Sequence record: DRR723986_4038
Strand: one strand, 5' to 3'
Length of the DNA stretch: 43,059 nucleotides
This document shows, in pieces, positions 1-10,166 of this stretch (position 1 is the stretch's first letter; the number at the start of each line of letters is the position of its first letter). The position numbers were made by a program, and so were the translations under genes. Under the pieces are notes generated by a model that made no database searches, was not told the DNA's origin, and saw nothing but the letters and a program-made list of their open reading frames with translations.

Positions 1-158
1 TGATTGAGCTGTTTATAATGATATATCATTCACAATCAATCAACAATAATCAAAACTCAATAAAAATGCAGCTATTTTTTTATCCCTTAAAAAAGCCGAA
101 GAGCCTTAATATCTTTACAAAAAATCGCTATCTTTATGGCACTAAAAATGATTCATAG

Positions 159-2567
159 ATGGCAGAACAGCAACAAGTTTTGAGCGCGACAGATAAAAAA
201 TATATCGAAGAAGTATTGGCAGATTTCAAATTGGCTAGAATTTCAAGAGAGACTTCTCTTTTAGGAAGAAAAGAAGTTTTAGGTGGAAAGGCAAAATTTG
301 GAATTTTTGGTGATGGGAAAGAAGTTGCTCAACTTGCAATGGCCAAACAATTTAAAAACGGAGACTTTAGATCTGGCTATTATAGAGATCAAACTTTTAT
401 GATGGCCATAGGTGCATTAACAGTCAAAGAATACTTTGCTGCCTTGTATGCACATACCGAGGTTGAAAAAGAACCTGCTTCTGCAGGTCGTCAAATGGGA
501 GGCCATTTTTCGACTCGAAGCTTGAATGAAGACGGTTCATGGAAAAACCTCATGGAACAAAAGAACAGTTCTGCCGACATTTCTCCTACTGCTGGACAAA
601 TGCCACGTTTGGTTGGACTTGCTTTAGCTTCTAAAGTTTATAGAAATAACAAGGCTTTGCACTCCATGAAAACATTTACCAATAAAGGTAATGAGGTTGC
701 TTTTGGAACCATTGGGGATGCATCAACATCAGAAGGTCCATTTTGGGAATCAATTAACGCGGCGGGAGTTTTACAGATTCCTTTCGCAATGTCAGTTTGG
801 GATGATGGTTACGGAATTTCAGTTCCAAAAAAATACCAAACAACAAAAGGGAGTATTTCTGAAGCTTTAGCAGGAATGCAAAGAGAGAAAAATGGTTCTG
901 GATATGAAATATTCAAAACAAAAGGATGGGATTATCCACATTTATGTGAAACTTATGAAAAGGCCATTTCTATTTGTAGAAAAGAGCACGTACCTGTATT
1001 GATTCATGTTGAGGAGGTTAATCAACCTCAGGGACATTCTACTTCAGGATCTCACGAGCGTTATAAATCAGAAGATCGTCTTGCTTGGGAAAGCACAATG
1101 GATTGCATTGAAAAATTCAAGGAGTTCATTTTGTCGGCTGAAATCGCCACTGCTGAAGAGCTTGAAAACATTGAAAAGGACGCAAAGAAATATGTGAGAG
1201 AGCAAAAAAGCGAAGCATGGAAAGAATTCAATGGTTTAATTGACCAAGACTTAGCAACCGCTCTATCATTGATCAACGCTCTTGCAGCAGGCAGTTCAAA
1301 TGCCGCATTCATTGAAAAAATTGCGACTGATTTAAAAGCGGTAATGGGGCCAATAAAAAAGGATATTTTTTCAGCTTGTCGCAAAGCTTTGCGTTACGTT
1401 AGAGGAGAATCAAGCCCAGCTAAAACTCAGTTGATGAACTGGATTAAGGAGCAAGAGGCAGTGAATTATGATCGCTATTCTTCTTATTTATATTCACAAT
1501 CGAGTGAATCAGTGCATGAGATCACAGAACAAGCTCCTGTATACTCGGGAGATGAGATGACTGATGGACGGATCATATTGAGAGATAATTTTCAAGCCAT
1601 ATTTGATAAATACCCTGAAGCCTTGACTTTTGGTGAGGATGTAGGGAAAATCGGTGGTGTGAACCAGAGCATGGAAGGCATGCAAGAGAAATATGGTGAT
1701 ATCCGAGTTTCTGATACAGGTATTAGAGAATGTACGATTGTTGGTCAAGGGATTGGAATGGCCATGAGAGGATTACGTCCAATTGCTGAAATTCAATACT
1801 TAGATTATTTGCTTTACGCAATTCAAATCATGTCTGATGACCTAGCAACAGTTCAGTACAGAACTAAAGGCGGTCAGAAAGCACCTTTAATTATTAGAAC
1901 TAGAGGGCACAGATTAGAAGGTATTTGGCATTCGGGCTCACCAATGGGCATGATAATAAATGCCGTTAGAGGAATCCACGTTTGTGTTCCAAGAAACATG
2001 ACCAAAGCTGCAGGATTTTACAATACGCTAATGGCATCAGATGAACCAGCATTAGTTGTTGAGCCTTTGAACGGGTACCGTAAAAAAGAAAAAGTTCCAA
2101 CGAACTATGGTGAATTTTTTGAGCCGCTTGGTAAAGTTGAAACTGTAGTTGAAGGATCTGATATTACTGTTGTTTCATACGGTTCTACTTTCAATATTTG
2201 TGAAGAATTGGTACAGCAGTTAGCAGAAGTTAATATCTCCGTAGAATTAATTGATGCGCAAACTTTAGTTCCGTTTGATTTAAATGGAGATGTTGCAAAA
2301 TCATTAGCTAAAACTAATCGATTGGTGATTGTAGACGAAGATGTTTCAAGCGGTGCTACGGCTTATTTATTGGATCAAATTTTAGTGAAACAAAATAGCT
2401 ATTTCCACTTGGATTCACAGCCTTTAACTTTAAGCGCACAAGATCACAGACCAGCATACGGAACAGATGGAGACTATTATTCTAAACCTAATATGGAATC
2501 CATTTTTGACACCATATATAGTTTGATGAATGAGGCAGATCCAGAACGGTATCCTGCGATTTATTAA
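159..2567 (+). CDS. 2-oxoacid (probably branched-chain, 2-oxoisovalerate) dehydrogenase E1, fused alpha+beta subunits, TPP-dependent
   Basis: 802 aa. TPP-binding motif GDASTSEG...WDD, alpha-subunit GHSTSGSH loop, and beta-subunit motifs FGEDVG..GG, DTGIRE, GLRPIAEIQ and transketolase-C ELIDAQTLVPFD. Confidence 0.92.
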   Translation: MAEQQQVLSATDKKYIEEVLADFKLARISRETSLLGRKEVLGGKAKFGIFGDGKEVAQLAMAKQFKNGDFRSGYYRDQTFMMAIGALTVKEYFAALYAHTEVEKEPASAGRQMGGHFSTRSLNEDGSWKNLMEQKNSSADISPTAGQMPRLVGLALASKVYRNNKALHSMKTFTNKGNEVAFGTIGDASTSEGPFWESINAAGVLQIPFAMSVWDDGYGISVPKKYQTTKGSISEALAGMQREKNGSGYEIFKTKGWDYPHLCETYEKAISICRKEHVPVLIHVEEVNQPQGHSTSGSHERYKSEDRLAWESTMDCIEKFKEFILSAEIATAEELENIEKDAKKYVREQKSEAWKEFNGLIDQDLATALSLINALAAGSSNAAFIEKIATDLKAVMGPIKKDIFSACRKALRYVRGESSPAKTQLMNWIKEQEAVNYDRYSSYLYSQSSESVHEITEQAPVYSGDEMTDGRIILRDNFQAIFDKYPEALTFGEDVGKIGGVNQSMEGMQEKYGDIRVSDTGIRECTIVGQGIGMAMRGLRPIAEIQYLDYLLYAIQIMSDDLATVQYRTKGGQKAPLIIRTRGHRLEGIWHSGSPMGMIINAVRGIHVCVPRNMTKAAGFYNTLMASDEPALVVEPLNGYRKKEKVPTNYGEFFEPLGKVETVVEGSDITVVSYGSTFNICEELVQQLAEVNISVELIDAQTLVPFDLNGDVAKSLAKTNRLVIVDEDVSSGATAYLLDQILVKQNSYFHLDSQPLTLSAQDHRPAYGTDGDYYSKPNMESIFDTIYSLMNEADPERYPAIY

Positions 2568-2632
2568 TCCTTTAGCATTTCAGATATTTTTGTAAAGCAC
2601 TGTTATTTAACAGCTAATGGATTAACAGTGAC

Positions 2633-2663
2633 TTTGAATGCTGCTTTAATTTTCTTACATTCG
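2633..2663 (+). promoter_or_regulatory. Bacteroidota housekeeping-sigma promoter (-33 TTTG, -7 TACATTCG)
   Basis: TTTG at 2633-2636, a 19-bp spacer, then TACATTCG at 2656-2663, 20 bp upstream of ATG 2684. Confidence 0.6.
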
Positions 2664-2683
2664 AGAAAAACTAATACTCGATT

Positions 2684-4030
2684 ATGAAGAAAACAGTACT
2701 CTTGGCATGTGGGCTTATTGCCTTCACAGCCGCAAATTCTCAAACAACCCTTTTTTCCGAAAACTTTGAAACAGGCGCTGGTGGTTTCTCATTAAACACA
2801 GCTGATTTAGGCGGTGTTGTTGGAACAGGAGGAGATAATTTTTGGATAGTAAATAATGTTTATACAGGAGGAACAGCAGTGATTCAATATTGTGCAATAG
2901 CTGCCGGTCAAAATGTTCCGATTGCAACAACAGATGCACAACCAGCTGGAATCTCTAATGCTAATGGAGGATATCTTCATATCCTAAGTCAAGAGGCAAA
3001 TGGAAGTGCTATTTATAATGCCAATTATGCAGGAGCAATCAACTCATTTGGATGTTTCCCTCCGGGCACGCATTTCGCAGGAATGACAAACGATATTAAC
3101 ACGACAGCATTTACAGGAGTGACTTTAGATTTTTGGTGGGTAGCTGGCGGAAACGCTGATGCAAATGGAGAAGTTTATTATAGTACGGATCAAGGTGTAA
3201 CTTGGGTGCAAAAGACTGGAACCACTTATCAAGGTGTAACTACATGGACGAATGAAACATTAACTGACCCTGCTTGGGATGGACAAACGAATTTGAGATT
3301 TGCATTTAGATTCAATAATGAGGTGACTGGTACAGGAGGTACTGACCCAGGATTTAGCATTGATGATGTCGAAATTATTGGCACATTGTCATCACCATGC
3401 ACGGACTCATACAGTGCCTTTACAGAAACAGCCTGTTTTTCATACACTGTTCCTTCAGGTGATGAGACCTATACAACTCCTGGTACACAAACTGTAATGG
3501 ACACAATTCTAAACGTATCTGGATGCGACTCTATTATGACAATCACTTTGACGATAAATACAGTTGACAATGGAGTGACTGACAACATGGATGGATCGGC
3601 TACTGCTAACGCTGCGGGAGCTACATATCAATGGTTAGATTGTTCTAATGCTTATGCTGTATTAACGGGAGAGACTTCAGCAACTTTGATTGTTGGAACG
3701 CCAAGTGATTATGCCGTAGAGGTAACGGAAAACGGATGTATTGACACTTCAATGTGCTTAACACTTTCACCTTCCGGTATCAATGAATACGAAAGTGGTT
3801 TTGGTGTTTATCCTAACCCTAGTGAAGGTCAATTATTCGTCAACACAAGTACTTTGAACGGGAATCAAAATATGCATATCATTGATTTAAATGGTAGAAT
3901 TTTAATGAACAAAACCATTAGTGGAAACTCAATCGTTGAGCTAAACTTAAACATTGAATCTGGAACCTATTTCATAAGCCTAACTAATGAATCAGGTGAT
4001 AGAAAAATACAACGTTTAATTATTCAATAA
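2684..4030 (+). CDS. T9SS type A sorting domain-containing secreted protein (N-terminal MAM/jelly-roll-like domain)
   Basis: Sec signal ending ANS-Q. FSENFE...FSIDDVEI beta-sandwich signature. C-terminal CTD motifs VYPNPS, IIDLNGRIL, SGTYFI and RLIIQ*. Confidence 0.88.
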   Translation: MKKTVLLACGLIAFTAANSQTTLFSENFETGAGGFSLNTADLGGVVGTGGDNFWIVNNVYTGGTAVIQYCAIAAGQNVPIATTDAQPAGISNANGGYLHILSQEANGSAIYNANYAGAINSFGCFPPGTHFAGMTNDINTTAFTGVTLDFWWVAGGNADANGEVYYSTDQGVTWVQKTGTTYQGVTTWTNETLTDPAWDGQTNLRFAFRFNNEVTGTGGTDPGFSIDDVEIIGTLSSPCTDSYSAFTETACFSYTVPSGDETYTTPGTQTVMDTILNVSGCDSIMTITLTINTVDNGVTDNMDGSATANAAGATYQWLDCSNAYAVLTGETSATLIVGTPSDYAVEVTENGCIDTSMCLTLSPSGINEYESGFGVYPNPSEGQLFVNTSTLNGNQNMHIIDLNGRILMNKTISGNSIVELNLNIESGTYFISLTNESGDRKIQRLIIQ

Positions 4031-4048
4031 TTCTAAGTATTAAAAATG

Positions 4049-4085
4049 AAAAAGCCATCTTGACTAAATCAAGATGGCTTTTTTT
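4049..4085. terminator. Bidirectional intrinsic terminator
   Basis: AAAAAGCCATCTTGA-ctaaa-TCAAGATGGCTTTTTTT, a perfect stem with A and T tails between convergent genes. Confidence 0.9.
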
Positions 4086-4095
4086 ATGATTTTAA

Positions 4096-5565
4096 TTAGG
4101 ATTTTCTATTTAACCAATTAGACGTGTGTTGATCTACGTAAATTGGTTCTTCATCATTTTTTAATTTCTTGAAAAGACCATAGGCCAGTTCAGCAACATC
4201 TTCATTAATTGGAGATCTTAGCATTTCTGGTTTGTAATGGTCACCTACAAAATTAATGGTGAACCTACCCGATCTGAATTCCTCATGATTGATCGCGAAT
4301 TTACAGAAGGCATTTGTAGTCGCAAAACCATTGATTTCATATTCGTCAATAGCCTTTAACATTTTTTCAATCGCTTCATCTCTCGTATCTGCATGAACAA
4401 TCAACTTAGCAATCATTGGATCATAAGTCAAAGGAATACTCATTCCTTGCTCATAGCCGTCATCCACTCTGACCCCTAAACCTTGTGGTCTTTTATAGTG
4501 TACGATTTTTCCTAAATCCGGTAGAAAATCATTCTCAGGATCTTCTGCGTAAACTCTCACTTCGATAGAATGCCCGTTTAATTGAACATCCTCTTGCTTA
4601 ATGTCTAGTACTTGGCCTCTTGCTACCTTAATTTGTTCTTCAACTAAATCAAGACCTGTAATTTCTTCAGTAACTGGATGCTCTACCTGAAGTCGTGTAT
4701 TCATTTCTAAGAAATAGAAATTCTTGTCTTTATCTAACAAAAACTCTACTGTTCCCACGCCTTCATAACTACAAGACTTTGCCACATTAACTGCAGCTTC
4801 TCCTATTTTTGCTCTTAAGGCTGCATCAACCACAGGAGATGGAGCCTCTTCAACAACCTTTTGATGCCTTCTTTGAATAGAACATTCTCTTTCATTTAAA
4901 TGAATCACATTACCGTGAGCATCTGCCAAAATTTGAATTTCTATGTGTTTAGGTTGTTGAACGAATTTCTCTATGAACATTGCGCCATTTCCAAAAGAAT
5001 TGATTGCTTCAGAAGTCGCTCTGTTAAATTGTTCTTCAAACTCAGCCTCGTTTTCAACAACTCTCATTCCTTTACCTCCACCTCCAGCTGAAGCCTTCAG
5101 TAATATTGGGTAACCTATTTCACTTGCAATTTTTTTACCTTCGGCAATATCTGTTAATTCCTCATCAGTTCCTGGAACCATTGGGACATCAAAGGCTTTT
5201 ACGGCCTGCTTTGCATCCAACTTATCCCCCATTACATTGATCGCTTCTATTGAAGGTCCGATAAACTTAATTCCGGCATCCGAAACTCTTTTTGCAAACT
5301 CAGAATTTTCAGATAAAAATCCGTAAGCTGGATGAATCCCGTCCGTACCAGTTTTCACTGCTACATTCAGCACTTTATCCATATTTAAATAGCTTTCAGA
5401 TGGAGTGGCCTCTCCTATGCAATAAGCTTCATCTGCAAACTTTACAAAGGGTGCATCTGCATCCACCTCAGAATAAACGGCAACTGACTGAATGTTTAGC
5501 CTTTTTAACGTTCGCATTATTCTCAATGCAATTTCTCCTCTGTTCGCAACTAATACTTTATTCAT
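4096..5565 (-). CDS. accC: Biotin carboxylase subunit of an acyl-CoA carboxylase
   Basis: KVLVANRGEIA, ASAGGGGKGMR, ERECSIQRRHQK, EMNTRLQVEHPVTE and YDPMIAKL motifs. No fused biotin-carrier domain. Confidence 0.93.
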   Translation of the reverse strand: MNKVLVANRGEIALRIMRTLKRLNIQSVAVYSEVDADAPFVKFADEAYCIGEATPSESYLNMDKVLNVAVKTGTDGIHPAYGFLSENSEFAKRVSDAGIKFIGPSIEAINVMGDKLDAKQAVKAFDVPMVPGTDEELTDIAEGKKIASEIGYPILLKASAGGGGKGMRVVENEAEFEEQFNRATSEAINSFGNGAMFIEKFVQQPKHIEIQILADAHGNVIHLNERECSIQRRHQKVVEEAPSPVVDAALRAKIGEAAVNVAKSCSYEGVGTVEFLLDKDKNFYFLEMNTRLQVEHPVTEEITGLDLVEEQIKVARGQVLDIKQEDVQLNGHSIEVRVYAEDPENDFLPDLGKIVHYKRPQGLGVRVDDGYEQGMSIPLTYDPMIAKLIVHADTRDEAIEKMLKAIDEYEINGFATTNAFCKFAINHEEFRSGRFTINFVGDHYKPEMLRSPINEDVAELAYGLFKKLKNDEEPIYVDQHTSNWLNRKS

Positions 5566-5592
5566 TTATTTGGATTTTCAGTTATAATTCGC

Positions 5593-8500
5593 CTAATCAT
5601 CTTCCTCCTCTGGTAAAGGCACCCATTTCTCACTTCGGCGATTTTCTTTTTCAAACTTAATCTTTTTGTCTTTTCGTCTAAAGATATTTAAAAACTTTTG
5701 TAAAGCTTTAAACTCTTTAGTGGTGTTGAATGTTTCTTGATAATGTAAACTTACACCTTGAGTAAAATGACCTTGAGCAGTAATTGACGCCTCGTTGGTT
5801 TCATTAAAGAAATTCATTGTAAATGTTCCATCTTCATTCAATCGATATTCAATGTCAACATCTCCTACAATGCTTCCTCCAGCTGTAGCTTCACCATCTT
5901 CTGGGTTCAAAACACCAAAACTAGTTGAAATAGTAGTTCGATCATTAATTTTCGTTTCTACACCTATTGTTGTTTCCCCATCTGATAATCCTGCCTTTAA
6001 ATCATAACTTTCTGATAAACCTCCTAAAATCGAATTGATTTGAGTTTCAGCTAAACCTAACACTACATTTTCACCACCTGCTGCTCCACCATAAATAGGA
6101 ATAAACCTTTTCAACACAAGTAGCGCAAAGAATTGTTTGTTGAGTTCGTCAGGGTTGGTTTTCAATTCAGCCAATGCCTTTTTACCAAATTCATTAGCTG
6201 TGGGTGAGGTAATATCAAATGTTAATTCAGGCGCCATGAGCGTATTCCCCATTACCAAATTTCCATAAACATCATCTTTCTTTTTACTGCTTGCGGCCTC
6301 TGGAGGCATGATATCATTCAACGAAACGTTTCTGTAAAACTGTGCATTCAAATTAATCAAGGCATCATAAGGTGACCCGGTCCATTCTACTGTCCCGCCT
6401 TTTACAAGTGTAAAGTCTTCTTCAACGAGACCTTTAATTCTCATTTCATAAACTCCATTATCTACAGTATACTTTCCTCTCATGGTAAGGTCTCCAAAAT
6501 CATCCATATTGATTTCTAAATCAGAATTTCCTTTAGCAATAATCTGGTCACCAGTTAGCGGGTCAAACACAATCGTCACTTTTGCTGCAGGTGTGACATG
6601 AAACTTCATTCCTAGAGTCAACCCTAAACGCTCGACAGTTTGCAACTGCGAATTCACATCTTCTTTTAATGAATCTGGTAAGAAAAATGATTCATCAAAA
6701 ATTACAAATGAGTTCTCTTCAATATCTGCGTCACCATACATAGGCAGCACTAAGTCAGTTCCTTTATGTGTTTTCACATCCACGTCAATTTCAGTATGTC
6801 CATCAAAGCCGAAAACATCTACATATCCAGTTACATATGCTTTGCCATAATAATAAGCTCCTTCCTGATAATGACTATCCATAGCCAAGAACTTTTTTGT
6901 CATCACAGGATTATCCATATCTAGCATGATATTGTAATTCCAATCTGCCCAGTCGTAATGATAAATTTGCATTTGACAATCAGCCACATTACTTTCTTGG
7001 TCAATAATGCTCAAATGGTCTGCTATGATTTCACCGTCATTAAATTCTAATATTCCTGCAGCTCCGAAGTAAACATTTAACATTGGTACCTTAACTCTTG
7101 CTTGAACTATCTCCATTTCACCGGTAATTAATGGATTGTCCAATTCACCACCGATATGTAGGTCGCCATCTAAAATTCCCGCAATATCTGTATACAACTC
7201 AGGGTCTTCAAATGCATTAAGAAAGGAGATATCAGTTTGATCAAAATTGGCATTTAAATCAATATTGTTCTTTTTTCTTTCAGTATAATATCCACCATTA
7301 AAAGTAAAGGTCTTTAAGCCGTCTCTTTTCAAATCACCTGTAAGCGACACTTTCTCCTTTTTCGCGTTCCAAATACTTTCTACATAAATATCCCCCACTT
7401 TTTCTTGGTTTAGAATAAGTTCTGTGATATTGGATTGTGCCTCAAATTTTATCGTGTTATACACATCAGCAACCCTTCCATTGATATTGGCGATACCTTG
7501 AATGTCCAATTCAGTTCCCAACAAGCCGTTCAAATCACTCAAATTAAAATCTTTCACGGTCAGATTTAACCAATCTTTAGGATTTTTCGACACTCTGCCA
7601 TCTAGCTTTACATAATGATGATCATGTGATATTTTAAATTCTTCGAAAACCATATTCTCCGGATTCCATAAAAATTTAGATTCAGGATTCACATTATATT
7701 GATGACCTTTCAAGAAAAAGAAAGAAGGCTTAAAGTTGGTAAGAATATCCATTGATTTCGAAATCTCTGATTCAAATGCAAATAGTGCTGGTTCCATTTT
7801 ACCAATCCCATCCCATCCTAAATTTGTAATGAATTTATTATCCTTCACATATGAATCAAAGTAAACATGCTTGACTTCAATACTATCCGTTAATTTTATG
7901 TAATCGGTTTGGTAAAATATACTGGCCTTCAATGAGTCGAAATGATTCTCTATCTTGATCTCTTTAAATTCAATTCCGTGATAGTCAACATAATCGCAAT
8001 TTACGTCCAGGGCAAATGATTTTTCGGCATGATTGAACTCCGACTTGATAATGGTATTACTCTCAACATATATATCTGGATCATAAAACTGTAAGATTGA
8101 ATTGACATCTTTCAAATCAACCCATAAAGAATAGAATTCCTCTGATTTTTTATATTTCTCAGGTGCATCTACTACATTATCTACAATGTAAGAGAACTGT
8201 TCTATCACGGCATGCCCTACATCCAATAGGTCATACTTTCCGATTAAATCTAAATCCACGTATGGAGAACGTAATATTATGGAATCAACTTCTGGTGATC
8301 TTGTAATATCTAAAACCATTCTTTCCATCTGAAAATCTATGTAACCGTCATAGTAATCTAAGTTTTCAATTTTAAGTTGACCTTTTATTTCATTCACACT
8401 TGTACCTTCAATATCAACTGAGATATCAGAAGCTAAACGCTGGAATACTTCTTTATTCTTGTTATTTAATTCTGCAATATGAGCTGAATCAATCTTCACA

Positions 8501-10086
8501 TTGAATTTGAAATACATTTTATTATTAAAATCGACAAATCCATCATAGTCAAGCGCCAAGTGATCATCTTTTACATCAACCACACCAGTAAATCTGTTTC
8601 TTGACCACCTTCCCTTTTTTACATTGATGTTTTCGTAATCGTAATCATAAATACCAATTCGTGCGATTTCACCATTAAACTTAACATCAAGGTCTTTTTC
8701 TTCAAAGCCCTTTCCATCAATTTTCAAATAGGCATTTAACAATCCTACTGTTGAATTATTTGTAATAACCCCAAGATTTAGATCAACCACTTCAACATCC
8801 TTGGTGAAACCAACATTGTTCAGCCCTTTATAGTGATATAGGCCATCAATTGGATCTACTTTAAAGTTTAGGCCATATTCAGAATGTACATTACCGATTC
8901 CAGTATACAAATCTGCATCTACTACAAAGTCGGTGAGATAACCGTCTATTAATCCATCTTTTAGAGTGATAACACCTGCTTGACGAAATTGATTTAGATT
9001 TTTGTGAAGTGATTTTTCACCTTTCTCGTCTAAAAATGCCTCAAGATTCATGCGTTCTACATCATCAATTGATGTTCTAAACAAGGTTAACTTCTCTCTA
9101 AAGTAGGATGATTTTAAATCAGTCATATTAGGCACGATAAAATCACCTTTAATTCTCGTGGTATCAAGCATTGCTAAATCGACATTTCGCAATTTCATCC
9201 CCCAAATTGGACCTGAAACATCTAATTGATTGATATCTACATGTCCTCCCATACCCCATAGTGCTGGAACAAAGTAAGCCAGGTCATTGAAGTACAATTT
9301 AGAGCCAGCAAAATCAGCTTTAAATCTTACTTTATTTAAAAAATCTCCCCAATCAGAACTTCCGTTTGGCGTTTTTAGTTGTACAATTCCTGCTCTCAAA
9401 TAAGTACTTAAAAAGCCCATTCTGAAACGCTTAAGGCTTACGGCGGTCGAGTCAAATGTGACATTAGATGAAAAATCGGTCAGCTTCAATCCAGATCTAT
9501 CTTCAAACCTCAACGATTTTAAATCGACATTGATTTTCCCTTGGTCCATTCCGAAATCTGAAAAATGACCTGATAGATGCTTTAATTCAATATTCGAAAA
9601 ATCCATTCCGTTTTCAACCGGTTCTGAATTTTCGTCATGATAGATAAAATGAACATCTGTTAAATCCAATTCCTGGACAATTGTCTTAAAGTTCGAGGAA
9701 GAAGTATCCGGCTCATCAGAAGCAAAATAATCCACAATATGTTGGAAATTCAAGGTGGTATCTCCCTGATATTTTCTCATGTGTACATGCCCTTCATTTA
9801 AGGTTACATTCTCAACGTTTACGAATGCTTCCGAGATTGACCAATCATGGATTCTAGCATGTAGATTTTTAGTATATAAAAAGGTGTCTTTTCTAATATC
9901 TTCAATATAAACTCCTTTTAAATCTAACTCATCAAACAATTGAATATCCACTTTTTCTATGCGAACTTCAGTACCCAATTGATTGGATAAATAAGCAGAA
10001 GCTCTTTGTGCCAACCACGTTTGAAACCATGAGGTGTGTATCATGATAACACAGAATAAAATCAATGCAACAAACAATTCGAACAA
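5593..10086 (-). CDS. tamB: Translocation and assembly module TamB (AsmA-like, C-terminal DUF490); the true start is probably upstream, near 10137-10146
   Basis: About 1500 aa. N-terminal TM segment followed by QTWLAQRA, beta-rich body, DUF490-like C-terminus (WTGSPYDA, NKQFFALL, GDVDIEY, QGVSLHYQETFN). Divergent from tsaD. Confidence 0.85.
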   Translation of the reverse strand: MFELFVALILFCVIMIHTSWFQTWLAQRASAYLSNQLGTEVRIEKVDIQLFDELDLKGVYIEDIRKDTFLYTKNLHARIHDWSISEAFVNVENVTLNEGHVHMRKYQGDTTLNFQHIVDYFASDEPDTSSSNFKTIVQELDLTDVHFIYHDENSEPVENGMDFSNIELKHLSGHFSDFGMDQGKINVDLKSLRFEDRSGLKLTDFSSNVTFDSTAVSLKRFRMGFLSTYLRAGIVQLKTPNGSSDWGDFLNKVRFKADFAGSKLYFNDLAYFVPALWGMGGHVDINQLDVSGPIWGMKLRNVDLAMLDTTRIKGDFIVPNMTDLKSSYFREKLTLFRTSIDDVERMNLEAFLDEKGEKSLHKNLNQFRQAGVITLKDGLIDGYLTDFVVDADLYTGIGNVHSEYGLNFKVDPIDGLYHYKGLNNVGFTKDVEVVDLNLGVITNNSTVGLLNAYLKIDGKGFEEKDLDVKFNGEIARIGIYDYDYENINVKKGRWSRNRFTGVVDVKDDHLALDYDGFVDFNNKMYFKFNVKIDSAHIAELNNKNKEVFQRLASDISVDIEGTSVNEIKGQLKIENLDYYDGYIDFQMERMVLDITRSPEVDSIILRSPYVDLDLIGKYDLLDVGHAVIEQFSYIVDNVVDAPEKYKKSEEFYSLWVDLKDVNSILQFYDPDIYVESNTIIKSEFNHAEKSFALDVNCDYVDYHGIEFKEIKIENHFDSLKASIFYQTDYIKLTDSIEVKHVYFDSYVKDNKFITNLGWDGIGKMEPALFAFESEISKSMDILTNFKPSFFFLKGHQYNVNPESKFLWNPENMVFEEFKISHDHHYVKLDGRVSKNPKDWLNLTVKDFNLSDLNGLLGTELDIQGIANINGRVADVYNTIKFEAQSNITELILNQEKVGDIYVESIWNAKKEKVSLTGDLKRDGLKTFTFNGGYYTERKKNNIDLNANFDQTDISFLNAFEDPELYTDIAGILDGDLHIGGELDNPLITGEMEIVQARVKVPMLNVYFGAAGILEFNDGEIIADHLSIIDQESNVADCQMQIYHYDWADWNYNIMLDMDNPVMTKKFLAMDSHYQEGAYYYGKAYVTGYVDVFGFDGHTEIDVDVKTHKGTDLVLPMYGDADIEENSFVIFDESFFLPDSLKEDVNSQLQTVERLGLTLGMKFHVTPAAKVTIVFDPLTGDQIIAKGNSDLEINMDDFGDLTMRGKYTVDNGVYEMRIKGLVEEDFTLVKGGTVEWTGSPYDALINLNAQFYRNVSLNDIMPPEAASSKKKDDVYGNLVMGNTLMAPELTFDITSPTANEFGKKALAELKTNPDELNKQFFALLVLKRFIPIYGGAAGGENVVLGLAETQINSILGGLSESYDLKAGLSDGETTIGVETKINDRTTISTSFGVLNPEDGEATAGGSIVGDVDIEYRLNEDGTFTMNFFNETNEASITAQGHFTQGVSLHYQETFNTTKEFKALQKFLNIFRRKDKKIKFEKENRRSEKWVPLPEEEDD

Positions 10087-10125
10087 TAGGTAGGTCCCAC
10101 GTCCAAATCCTCTAAGTATTTTACC

Positions 10126-10133
10126 TAATTTTG
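10126..10133 (+). promoter_or_regulatory. -7 element TAATTTTG for tsaD
   Basis: Exact TAnnTTTG followed by C, 33 bp upstream of the tsaD TTG start. Confidence 0.55.
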
Positions 10134-10166
10134 CGATTGCATTAATTTTTTATAAAAGTAATAAAA

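Noticed and set aside
1..42. 14-bp palindrome AATGATATATCATT (17-30), flanked off-centre by TGATTGA/TCAATCA, read as a Fur box
   Set aside because: The centre is 1 bp longer than the Fur core, the sequence is very AT-rich, it sits at the window edge, and no iron-related gene is visible. It could still be an operator but cannot be assigned.
137..151. TGGCAC-N5-ATGA as a sigma54 promoter for E1
   Set aside because: It lacks the -12 GC and would place the TSS at or inside the ATG at 159.
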